DNA of 32,000 nucleotides from Bellilinea caldifistulae (lineage in GTDB: Bacteria; Chloroflexota; Anaerolineae; Anaerolineales; Anaerolineaceae), in assembly GCF_001306055.1 (NCBI RefSeq), contig NZ_LGHJ01000003.1, forward strand, positions 22,989 through 54,988. The letters run 5' to 3'. Each line of letters opens with the position of its first letter. Position 1 is the stretch's first letter. The position numbers and the translations under genes were made by a program. A model generated the notes under the pieces. The model was not told the origin of the DNA. It did no database searches and saw nothing but the letters and a program-made list of their open reading frames with translations. Positions 19,716 to 27,559 of this stretch are shown piece after piece.

Positions 19716-20651
19716 GGTTTACGTCACCGCGAGACGCCGTCAGGCGGCGCGGCGGTCTCCGGCAGAGCCGTTGCGGAGGCCGGCTGGGAGACCCCTCGCT
19801 GACGCTCGGGGTGACATTAATCGCGTATACGTCGCCGCGAGCGAGTGCGGCGGTCATTGAGTTAATGACACCGCGAGCGAGCGGAGCGAGCGTGGCGGTC
19901 TCCGGTAGAGCCGTTGCGGAGGCCGGCTGGGAGACCCCTCGCTGAGGCTCGGGGTGACATTAATCGCGTATACGTCGCCGCGAGCGAGTGCGGCGGTCAT
20001 TGAGTTAATGTCACCGCGAGCGAGCGGAGCGAGCGTGGCGGTCTCCGGCAGAGCCGTTGCGGAGGCCGGCTGGGAGACCCCTCACTCCGTTCGGGGTGAC
20101 ATTAATGTGTGTAGTGCGGTGCAAGTGTCGCTGACGCTTGGGGTGACATTAATTGGTTTACGTCACCGCGAGCGAGCGGAGCGAGCGTGGCGGTCTCCGG
20201 CAGAGCCGTTGCGGAGGCCGGCTGGGAGACCCCTCACTCCGTTCGGGGTGACATTAATGTGTGTAGTGCGGTGCAAGTGTCGCTGACGCTTGGGGTGACA
20301 TTAATTGGTTTACGTCACCGCGAGCGAGCGGAGCGAGCGTGGCGGTCTCCGGCAGAGCCGTTGCGGAGGCCGGCTGGGAGACCCCTCACTCCGTTCGGGG
20401 TGACATTAATGTGTGTAGTGCGGTGCAAGTGTCGCTGACGCTTGGGGTGACATTAATTGGTTTACGTCACCGCGAGCGAGCGAAGCGAGCGTGGCGGTCT
20501 CCCGCCAAACCATCACGGAGGCCGGCTGGGAGACCCCTCACTCCGTTCGGGGTGACATTAATGTGTGTAGTGCGGTGCAAGTGTCGCTGACGCTTGGGGT
20601 GACATTAATTGGTTTACGTCACCTCGAGCCGCCGCAGGCGGCGTGGTGACC
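19716..20651. repeat. Tandem array of a hairpin-rich non-coding repeat: 2 units of 143 bp then 4 units of 152 bp
   Basis: The core GGCGGTCTCC... recurs at 19751, 19894, 20037, 20189, 20341 and 20493 (spacings 143, 143, 152, 152, 152). Units 20189 and 20341 are essentially identical. Each unit carries GGTCTCCGGC...GCCGGCTGGGAGACC and GGTGAC/GTCACC inverted repeats. Confidence 0.9.
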
Positions 20652-20715
20652 TTTCACCCTCTCTGTCCGGTGTGTATGGCTTTTGTCTCAGTTTTGTACA
20701 ATCTTTCCGCACAAA

Positions 20716-20734
20716 TTTGATAGATTTTGAGTGA
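20716..20734 (+). promoter_or_regulatory. Direct-repeat operator-like motif upstream of the HMG-CoA reductase gene
   Basis: TTTGATAGATTTTGAGTGA has two TTGA half-sites 10 bp apart. It matches the motif at 24395-24413 at 15 of 19 positions. Confidence 0.35.
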
Positions 20735-20808
20735 CCTTTGGGGGTAACATACGGTAGGTTTTGGTTGAAAACCTGCCCAATTTGATTTGCCGGAGGAATT
20801 TTTTCAAC

Positions 20809-22095
20809 ATGCCTGAACAAAACCGGGCAAAATTTTACGACTTACCGCCAGCCGAACGGCTGAAATGGATTTCCGCTCAAAGTCAACTGGATGAAGCCGC
20901 TCTGGCAGCCTTGAGCGGCTCAGCCGGCCTTACGGTTGAGCAGGCCGATCACATGATTGAGAATGTGATCGGTGTTTATGGGCTGCCGCTGGGGGTTGCC
21001 CGTTATTTCATCGTCAACGGGCGTGAGGTGCTGGTGCCAATGGTATTGGAAGAACCATCGGTGGTAGCCAGCGCTTCCTTTATGGCAAAACTGGCTCGTT
21101 CCAGCGGCGGCTTTGTTGCCAAAGCCGATCCGCCGGAGATGATCGGGCAAATTCAAATTTTAGGAGTGGCGGATGCTCCAACCGCCCGCCTGCGCCTGCT
21201 GGAAGCGCGGGACGAACTGCTGGCTGAAGCCGCTCAAATTGACCCGGTGCTGGCGAGCCTGGGCGGCGGGCCGCGCGGGCTGGAGGTACGCATCATCGAG
21301 GCCTCGCCGATTGGCACTTTTCTGGTGCTGCACCTGATTTACGATGTGCGGGATGCGATGGGCGCGAATGCCGTCAACACCGCTCTGGAACGGCTGGCGC
21401 CGCGGGTTGAGCAAATCACCGGCGGACGGGCGCATTTGCGTATTCTGACCAATCTGGCCGAACGCCGTCTGGCGCGTGCCCGCGTGACCATTCGGCTGGA
21501 GGAACTGGCTTTTGAAAATTTCAGCGCCGAACAGGTGCGAGATGGCATCATTGCCGCGTGGGCATTTGCGGCCGCCGACCCGTACCGCGCTGCCACCCAC
21601 AACAAGGGCATTATGAACGGTGTGGACGCGGTGGTGATTGCCACCGCCAACGACTGGCGGGCAATCGAGGCCGGCGCCCACGCCTACGCCGCTCGCAGCG
21701 GGCGTTATACCAGCCTGAGCACATGGGGCAAGGACGAGCAGGGCAATCTGGTCGGGACGCTGGAAATGCCCATGGCAGTCGGCATTGTCGGCGGGGCAAC
21801 CCGTGTACATCCGGCGGCACAGGCGGCGATCCGCTTGATGGGTGTCAAAGCCGCCGGTGAGCTGGCCGAAATCATCGTTTCGGTGGGGCTGGCCCAGAAT
21901 CTGGCTGCTTTGCGTGCGCTGGCGACCGAGGGCATTCAGCGCGGCCACATGAGTCTGCATGCTCGTCAGGTGGCGATTGCCGCAGGCGCCAGCGGTGAGC
22001 TGGTCAACCGCGTGGCAGAACAAATGGTGCGCGAAAAAGTGGTGCGGATTGACCGCGCCCAGCAGATTTTGAAGGAAATCCGAGGAGAAAGTTGA
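20809..22095 (+). CDS. mvaA: Class II HMG-CoA reductase
   Basis: Class II signatures MIENVIGVYGLPLGVA, EEPSVVA, DAMGANAVNT, VGIVGGAT. About 428 aa from the ATG at 20809, with GGAGG upstream. Confidence 0.93.
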   Translation: MPEQNRAKFYDLPPAERLKWISAQSQLDEAALAALSGSAGLTVEQADHMIENVIGVYGLPLGVARYFIVNGREVLVPMVLEEPSVVASASFMAKLARSSGGFVAKADPPEMIGQIQILGVADAPTARLRLLEARDELLAEAAQIDPVLASLGGGPRGLEVRIIEASPIGTFLVLHLIYDVRDAMGANAVNTALERLAPRVEQITGGRAHLRILTNLAERRLARARVTIRLEELAFENFSAEQVRDGIIAAWAFAAADPYRAATHNKGIMNGVDAVVIATANDWRAIEAGAHAYAARSGRYTSLSTWGKDEQGNLVGTLEMPMAVGIVGGATRVHPAAQAAIRLMGVKAAGELAEIIVSVGLAQNLAALRALATEGIQRGHMSLHARQVAIAAGASGELVNRVAEQMVREKVVRIDRAQQILKEIRGES

Positions 22096-22146
22096 AAGGT
22101 CTCCCTCTTTGGTTGAAAGAAGTCCATAAAAAAGGAGCGTTGTATT

Positions 22147-23220
22147 ATGGAAAAACCTGAAACCCCTATTCTGGCACACAAACCCGCCCGTCCGGTTGGG
22201 ATTGTCGGCTACGGCGCCTATGTGCCGCGCTACCGCCTTCCGGCGCGTGAAGTGGCGCGCATCTGGAAAGGCGGCAAGGACGAAGCCCCGGTACGCGAGA
22301 AGTCGGTGCCCGGGGCGGATGAGGATGTGATTACCATGTCCATCGAAGCCGCTCGCAATGCGCTGGCGCGCGCCCGCATTCACGCTCACGAGATTCGCGC
22401 CGTGTGGGTGGGCTCGGAATCACACCCCTACGCCGTCAAACCCAGTTCAACGGTTGTTGCGGAAGCCATCGGTGCGCCGGTCAGCATTCAAGCCGGTGAT
22501 TGGGAATTTGCCTGCAAAGCCGGCACCGAGGCGATGGTGGCAGCGATTGCAATGGTCGCCGCTGGGATGGGTCGTTACGCGCTGGCGATTGGCATGGATA
22601 CGGCTCAGGGACGTCCTGGCGATGCACTGGAATATACCGCTGCTGCCGGAGGGGCGGCTTACATCCTCGGTCCGGCGGAAGAATCGCTGGCGGTGGTGGA
22701 GGGTACCTATTCCTATGTGACCGATACCCCCGACTTCTGGCGGCGGGCGCATGAACGTTACCCTCAACACGGGCAGCGCTTTACCGGTGACCCGGCTTAC
22801 TTCAAGCACATTACCGAAGCCGGCAAGCAGTTAATGAAGGACTTGGGCGTGACTGCCGCGGATATCCAGTATGCGGTGTTTCACCAACCCAACACCAAGT
22901 TTCCGCAGCGGGTAGCCAAAATGCTAGGCTTTACACCGGAGCAGATTCAGCCCGGCCTGCTCTCTCCGGTGATCGGCAACACCTACGCCGGCGCGGCGAT
23001 GATCGGGCTTTCGGCTGTGCTGGATTGCGCCAAACCCGGCGACCGTATCCTGGTGGTCTCGTTTGGCTCAGGCGCCGGTTCGGATGCTTTCCTCTTCCGG
23101 ACTACCGAAGCGCTGGTCGAACGCCAGCGGCTGGCTCTCCAAACGCAGGATTATATTGCCCGCCGTACCGAAATTGATTACGGCATGTACGTCCGGCTGC
23201 GCGGCAAGCTGGCGGATTGA
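22147..23220 (+). CDS. HMG-CoA synthase, archaeal type
   Basis: 357 aa thiolase-fold condensing enzyme. N-terminus [15 protein letters not shown], catalytic-Cys region [14 protein letters not shown] and GNTYAGA motifs. Adjacent to thiolase and DUF35 genes, as in archaea. Confidence 0.88.
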   Translation: MEKPETPILAHKPARPVGIVGYGAYVPRYRLPAREVARIWKGGKDEAPVREKSVPGADEDVITMSIEAARNALARARIHAHEIRAVWVGSESHPYAVKPSSTVVAEAIGAPVSIQAGDWEFACKAGTEAMVAAIAMVAAGMGRYALAIGMDTAQGRPGDALEYTAAAGGAAYILGPAEESLAVVEGTYSYVTDTPDFWRRAHERYPQHGQRFTGDPAYFKHITEAGKQLMKDLGVTAADIQYAVFHQPNTKFPQRVAKMLGFTPEQIQPGLLSPVIGNTYAGAAMIGLSAVLDCAKPGDRILVVSFGSGAGSDAFLFRTTEALVERQRLALQTQDYIARRTEIDYGMYVRLRGKLAD

Positions 23221-23231
23221 GGAGGCTAACC

Positions 23232-24392
23232 ATGCGTGAAGTGGTGATTGCCGGTATCGGTCAGACACGGGTTGGCGAGTTGTGGGATATTTCCCTGCGT
23301 TCGCTGGCCTATCAGGCGATAAAGGCCGCCCGCCGGGATGCCAACGGTCTGATGCCCGATGCCCTGTATGTGGGAAACTATCTGGCGATTGTGACCTCGC
23401 ACCAGTCCAATCTCGGCACCTTGCTGGCCGATAACGCCGGTCTGACCGGCGTTGAAGCCTTCACCTGCGAGGCTGGCCAGGCCTCCGGTGGGGCTGCTTT
23501 TCAGATGGGGTTCATGGCGGTGGCTTCCGGTTATGTGGATGCGGCACTGGTGGTTGGCGTAGAAAAGTACACCGATGCGATTGGCAGCGAGCAAGAGGCC
23601 GCCCTGGCAATTTCGATGGACGCCGATTATGAGGCGATGGTCGGGTTGACCCTGGCCGGACAGGCCGGTTTGCTGATGCAGCGTTACCTGCATCAGTACG
23701 GGGCGCCCCGTTCGGCGTTTGGGGCGTTTCCGGTGCTGGCGCATGCCAATGCGGTCAACAACCCGTTTGCCATGTACCGGCGGGCCATTGACCAGCAGAC
23801 TTATGAGAAAGCCGAGCCGGTTGCCGACCCGCTCAATCTATACGATCAGGCTTCCTACGCCGATGGCGCTGCAGCGGTGCTGCTGACCACCCCTGAGAAG
23901 GCACAAGAAGCCGGTATCCGCCACCCGCTGGTACGCGTGCGCGGTTCAGCCGGGGTGATTGATACGCTGGCGCTGCATGACCGGCCCGACCCACTAGCCT
24001 TCGATGCCGCTCGTTACGCCGTGCAGCGTGCCTGTGAAATGGGCGGTGTTCTTCCGGGCGAGGTGGATTTATTTGAGATGGATGACGCTTTTTCGATTTA
24101 CGCCGTGCTGGGGCTGGAAGCGGCCGGATTTGCCGAGCGCGGTGAAGGCTGGCGTTTGGGCCAAAATGGCGACTTGCGGTTGAATGGGCGTCTGCCCATT
24201 CTCACCATGGGCGGCAGCAAGGGCCGCGGCAATCCGCTGGGAGCCGCAGGTGTGTACCAGATTGTGGAGGCGGCTCAGCAACTGCGCGGCGAGGCGGGCG
24301 CCAATCAGGTTACCGGTGCTCGCATGGCGTTGACACTCAATTTGGGCGGGCCGGCTTCATCCGCTTTTGCCCATGTGTTGGAAAAGCGATGA
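23232..24392 (+). CDS. Acetyl-CoA acetyltransferase (archaeal-type thiolase)
   Basis: MREVVIAGIGQT..., active-site Cys region CEAGQASGGAA, C-terminal GGSKGRGNPLGAAG. GGAGG RBS before the ATG at 23232. Confidence 0.88.
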   Translation: MREVVIAGIGQTRVGELWDISLRSLAYQAIKAARRDANGLMPDALYVGNYLAIVTSHQSNLGTLLADNAGLTGVEAFTCEAGQASGGAAFQMGFMAVASGYVDAALVVGVEKYTDAIGSEQEAALAISMDADYEAMVGLTLAGQAGLLMQRYLHQYGAPRSAFGAFPVLAHANAVNNPFAMYRRAIDQQTYEKAEPVADPLNLYDQASYADGAAAVLLTTPEKAQEAGIRHPLVRVRGSAGVIDTLALHDRPDPLAFDAARYAVQRACEMGGVLPGEVDLFEMDDAFSIYAVLGLEAAGFAERGEGWRLGQNGDLRLNGRLPILTMGGSKGRGNPLGAAGVYQIVEAAQQLRGEAGANQVTGARMALTLNLGGPASSAFAHVLEKR

Positions 24393-24394
24393 GG

Positions 24395-24447
24395 TTTGAT
24401 AGGTTTTGATAGGAATCCGGATGATTCTTGATAGGAATTGACAGGAT
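24395..24447 (+). promoter_or_regulatory. Four phased TTGAYAGG direct repeats in the thiolase-DUF35 intergenic region
   Basis: TTGATAGG at 24396, 24406 and 24428, and TTGACAGG at 24438 (spacings 10, 22, 10 bp). Confidence 0.35.
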
Positions 24448-24502
24448 CAGGCCGATAGACTGTATGCTGGATTGATTTACAAAGTAGAAGGAGAGAAAAA
24501 TC

Positions 24503-24910
24503 ATGGAAATTCCGCGACATTGGCGATTGAAGAAACAGCGTTACTCGCTGCAAGGTGAGATTTGCCCGCATTGCGAAGGGAAGATCTTCCCGCCGCGAGA
24601 TGTATGTCCGCACTGCGGGAATGATGCCCGCACCACCTTCACCTTTAGCGGGCGGGGCAAGGTGTATTCGTTCACGCACGTGACCGAAGCGCCGGCTGGC
24701 TTTGAAGAAACCGCCCCCTACACAGTGGCGCTGGTGCAGTTGGAGGAAGGGCCGGTGGTGACCGCGCAGTTGACGGACGTGGAAGCGGATGAGGTGGAAA
24801 TTGGCATGCCGGTGGAGATGGTCACCCGCAAGATTCGCTCGGATGGCAATGAACGCGGCATTATCATTTACGGGTATAAGTTTCGGCCGGTGCTTGACGG
24901 CGCACGATAA
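24503..24910 (+). CDS. DUF35 Zn-ribbon/OB-fold protein (scaffold of the thiolase/HMG-CoA synthase complex)
   Basis: 135 aa. Rubredoxin-like CPHCEGKIFPPRDVCPHCGN followed by an OB-fold segment. Located next to the thiolase and HMGCS genes. Confidence 0.88.
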   Translation: MEIPRHWRLKKQRYSLQGEICPHCEGKIFPPRDVCPHCGNDARTTFTFSGRGKVYSFTHVTEAPAGFEETAPYTVALVQLEEGPVVTAQLTDVEADEVEIGMPVEMVTRKIRSDGNERGIIIYGYKFRPVLDGAR

Positions 24911-24933
24911 ACACGCTTCAATAAAAGAATATT

Positions 24934-24967
24934 AAAAGCGTTCTCCAGGACTGGAGAGCGCTTTTTT
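24934..24967 (+). terminator. Rho-independent terminator of the mevalonate gene cluster
   Basis: AAAAGCGTTCTCCAG / CTGGAGAGCGCTTTT stem with one mismatch, ending in a T6 run. Confidence 0.75.
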
Positions 24968-25091
24968 GATTGACTGTTCAGGGGTGGCGAAAGTGGGAGA
25001 ATAATGTTTCAGGCAAGTGGCATCGCGAATCTGGTCGAGCAGTTTTCTGGGTTTTGGAGAGGATGGATCAGGCGTAAGATCAGCTAATCTT

Positions 25092-25120
25092 TTTACATGT
25101 GGGGATGTTATAATTAATAT
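25092..25120 (+). promoter_or_regulatory. Candidate sigma-70-like promoter facing the cassette array
   Basis: TTTACA (25092-25097), 17-bp spacer, TAATAT (25115-25120). Lies in the A/T-rich spacer about 120 bp before the first GTTGGGC crossover site. Confidence 0.3.
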
Positions 25121-25493
25121 AGCATTTATTCTAATCGGAGGGTTTCAGATAATCAAGCATAATAGCAGCATAACATGCTTTTTTAGAATGAGTATACGGC
25201 AAAAATGCAGTGTATCAGAAGTCTGTATAATTAATAGTTGGGCCGCAGTGTCACAACAATCACAATAGTAAGACAATATACCAACAATGGTTTTCATAGA
25301 GTCACAACCCCGCGTAGAGGGCGTGAGCCTGTCCAGGGCAATGGCATGGCAACATGAAAACCTATATCACGGTCAGCGCCGGCGTACTTCTACGAAACAG
25401 GAGCGTGTGGCTCACAGCACAATACTATGTGAGCAAGAGCCGAAATGCATAGAGCTGGAAACTCACCACAATCACAAACTAAGGAGACAGAAA

Positions 25494-26606
25494 ATGAATA
25501 TCAAAAAGCTTACAATCTCCGCGGCCACAATCTTGGTACTTCTATTCAGTTTTAATACATTTACAGTGGCTTCAGCTTCGGATAAAGACAGCCAGGAGGA
25601 GAGCAAAATCAAAGAGACCATAAATTCTTACTTCCAGTTACGTTACGAAGCCTTAAAATCGCTTAAGCCTGCTGATTTCTCGTCTTTAGCTACCACGACT
25701 GACAATGTATCAACTGAGAAATGGCTTCGTCAAGAACAGGATAGGCAGGATGTTGAACTCTTTATTGCCGAAACTTTCAAGACAAGTTACCTTGAGTACA
25801 AGTTCTTTCTCGACTATCAAAGCATTGAAATAAACGGCAATGAAGCTGTAGCCAAGTTGCTGGAAAGTAATGAAGTGTTTTTTACCTCCAATCCTACATT
25901 ACCTTCCAGGACGGCAAATCTGGAACATACAATTACACTAGAGAACATGAACGGGGGTTGGAAAATCTCTAATGATCAATATCGCGACGAAACAATCGAA
26001 CTATTAGAGACATCAACAAAAGACGATATTCTAAGGAACATCCAGATTAATCGTGATGCCCAGTTTTTGGGGCGCACTACAGGTCAATCGGCGCAACCAG
26101 AAGCCACTTACTCTTACAAACGGACATTAGCCGCAAGTTATGCTGACACTTGGTGGAACTCAATAAACCCCACTTACCATGATGAATCGGGCAATGATTG
26201 TACTAACTTTGCTTCCCAAGCGATTTATGAGGGCACTGAGCATACGATGTCAGACCCCACAAACTACAATACAATGTGGTACTATGATTTTTACACGCAT
26301 AGTGGCTCATATCCGTGGGTTAATGTAGGGGGCCTCTATACCTTCCTCACCTCGAATACTGGAAAAGGCCCTTATGGATACAGTTCGGGGGCCTATACCT
26401 GCAATCTTTCCAAGGGGGATGTGGTTACAATGAAGCAGAGCGGAACATGGAAACATACCGTAGTGGTGGTCTCAATCGCAGGTGATTGCCATGTGCCATC
26501 CAACATCCTTGTTGACGCACATGATACCGACCGTTACCATTACCCACTCTCAAACTATAGTGGGTACACTTGGTATTCAATAACCATTTCGGGATACCGA
26601 AAGTAG
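25494..26606 (+). CDS. Secreted protein with a C-terminal papain-fold putative amidase domain (Amidase_6-like)
   Basis: AAGGAG RBS, signal peptide MNIKKLTISAATILVLLFSFNTFTVASA. Cys motif GNDCTNFASQAIYEG, then WKHTVVVV and DAHDTD (Cys/His/Asp-type triad). The upstream part of the track ORF (25287-25493) has no RBS and would bury the signal peptide. Confidence 0.8.
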   Translation: MNIKKLTISAATILVLLFSFNTFTVASASDKDSQEESKIKETINSYFQLRYEALKSLKPADFSSLATTTDNVSTEKWLRQEQDRQDVELFIAETFKTSYLEYKFFLDYQSIEINGNEAVAKLLESNEVFFTSNPTLPSRTANLEHTITLENMNGGWKISNDQYRDETIELLETSTKDDILRNIQINRDAQFLGRTTGQSAQPEATYSYKRTLAASYADTWWNSINPTYHDESGNDCTNFASQAIYEGTEHTMSDPTNYNTMWYYDFYTHSGSYPWVNVGGLYTFLTSNTGKGPYGYSSGAYTCNLSKGDVVTMKQSGTWKHTVVVVSIAGDCHVPSNILVDAHDTDRYHYPLSNYSGYTWYSITISGYRK

Positions 26607-26626
26607 CAAATAGCAGATCTCATCAC

Positions 26627-26743
26627 ACACCACCCTACCTGACATCAGACAACAAAGATTTGCGCGACTACCAAAACGCACCCATTATCTTGCTCGAACA
26701 CTTACAAACCCAATTCTCATGTCTATGTCAGGTAGGGTTAAAC
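26627..26743 (+). repeat. Intra-cassette imperfect palindrome ending in GTTAAAC (degenerate attC or RNA hairpin)
   Basis: Perfect 13-bp arms CCCTACCTGACAT (26633-26645) and ATGTCAGGTAGGG (26725-26737). Extended by GACAT(c)AGACA / TGTCTATGTC with one bulged base. The right end is GTTAAAC (26737-26743), but the left core is ACACCAC, not RYYYAAC. Confidence 0.6.
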
Positions 26744-26766
26744 ATTTAAATATGTGAGGTTTCGAA

Positions 26767-27333
26767 ATGCCAAAAAACTCTCTTTCACTAAATGAGTTCA
26801 TTTTATTCGTATTATTCGCCACAGCCTTTGCTTTATCCGCTTGCACACAATCAAAGGGGATAAGCGAACTTCCTGTAAACTCGGCAGTGCCATCACAAAC
26901 GCCAGTGCAAACTTCAACTTATAGATGGGTTGAATACGAAGAAGCCTTAGCAAAGGTTTTACTGGCTGGTGCTTATCCATCCGAATCAGAAAGTGAAGGT
27001 TTATGCGAATGGTCGATTCTGGGGCATAATGAACAAGAAGTCTATGTGTGGGCCTTATGCCAAGTTGCTAGCACGGCCTCAGGCACAGCTAGTAGCGTTC
27101 CTGTTGTTATTAAGCTGTCGCCTGATGGAAGAATTGAGGAAGTCGTGATCCCCAGAGATGGAACAGACTATGGGCTGGATATTCAAAATCTCTTCCCATC
27201 TGATGTGCAAGAACGAATAAATAACCTTGCATCCTACTTCGATGTCAAGGCCGCGATGGAGCACATTGCTTTACGACGAGAAGACCGGACAATACCGCCA
27301 ATAATTGTAGAGGCAGGAACTCCTTTGCCATGA
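26767..27333 (+). CDS. Hypothetical lipoprotein
   Basis: Lipobox FALSAC after a hydrophobic N-terminus, GTGAGG RBS, 188 aa. I recognise no domain. Confidence 0.7.
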   Translation: MPKNSLSLNEFILFVLFATAFALSACTQSKGISELPVNSAVPSQTPVQTSTYRWVEYEEALAKVLLAGAYPSESESEGLCEWSILGHNEQEVYVWALCQVASTASGTASSVPVVIKLSPDGRIEEVVIPRDGTDYGLDIQNLFPSDVQERINNLASYFDVKAAMEHIALRREDRTIPPIIVEAGTPLP

Positions 27334-27368
27334 TACATGCGGTTTGAAGTGGATTATCAAATAATGCG

Positions 27369-27498
27369 GCCCAACCTGGCGCTGGAGCGGACGGGGCGGG
27401 ACTCTCCCCCGAGGGTATGCGTGCGCTCGAAGGGTTATCGCAGGTCCCGAAGGTAATTCCGTTCCCGCCCGCCCCGCCGCTCAGCTTAGTTGTTAGGT
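27369..27498 (+). repeat. attC-like recombination site of cassette 1
   Basis: R'' GCCCAAC (27369-27375) and R' GTTAGGT (27492-27498). A 9-nt unpaired spacer, then the GC-rich stem GAGCGG(a)CGGGGCGGG pairing with CCCGCCCCGCCGCTC, including an extrahelical base. 130 bp. Confidence 0.8.
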
Positions 27499-27559
27499 TG
27501 CTAAGATTTAACACGTGCCGATTTGCACGCTCACAAAAAATAGTCAGGAGAAGCGCAAA

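Noticed and set aside
19954-20590. Three overlapping 83-110 aa ORFs (MAVSGRAVAEAGWETPHSVRGD...)
   Set aside because: They are simply the same reading frame reopened in each tandem repeat unit. They have no RBS, and their Arg/Cys-rich, repeat-derived sequences look non-proteinaceous.
19716-20651. CRISPR array interpretation of the tandem repeats
   Set aside because: The whole 143/152-bp unit repeats, with no unique spacers between short repeats. The 14-nt GGGGTGACATTAAT boxes are separated by the same sequence in every unit. No cas genes are nearby.
19716-20651. Tandem repeats as a run of empty attC sites related to the cassette array
   Set aside because: There are no RYYYAAC...GTTRRRY core pairs. 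The best candidates (CATTAAT / GTTAATG) sit at the tip of an 11-bp perfect stem rather than in the R-box / unpaired-spacer / L-box layout. No flank-complementarity pattern is present.
21160-22389. 409-aa minus-strand ORF
   Set aside because: Antisense to the HMG-CoA reductase and HMGCS genes. Arg/Gly/Ala-rich and featureless; the + strand genes have diagnostic motifs.
25017-25493. 83-aa ORF 25017..25268 and the 69-codon N-terminal extension (25287-25493) of the first cassette gene
   Set aside because: Neither has an RBS, and composition is odd. The extension would bury an obvious signal peptide, which starts at the RBS-preceded ATG at 25494. The crossover core at 25237 lies inside the first ORF.
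27369-27498. SRP RNA-like segment (CAGGTCCCGAAGGTAA resembles the 4.5S helix-8 CAGGUCCGGAAGGAAGCAGCC)
   Set aside because: The resemblance is partial and lacks AGCAGCC and the pairing partner. The element occurs in homologous form at 29119-29246 and fits the attC architecture far better.
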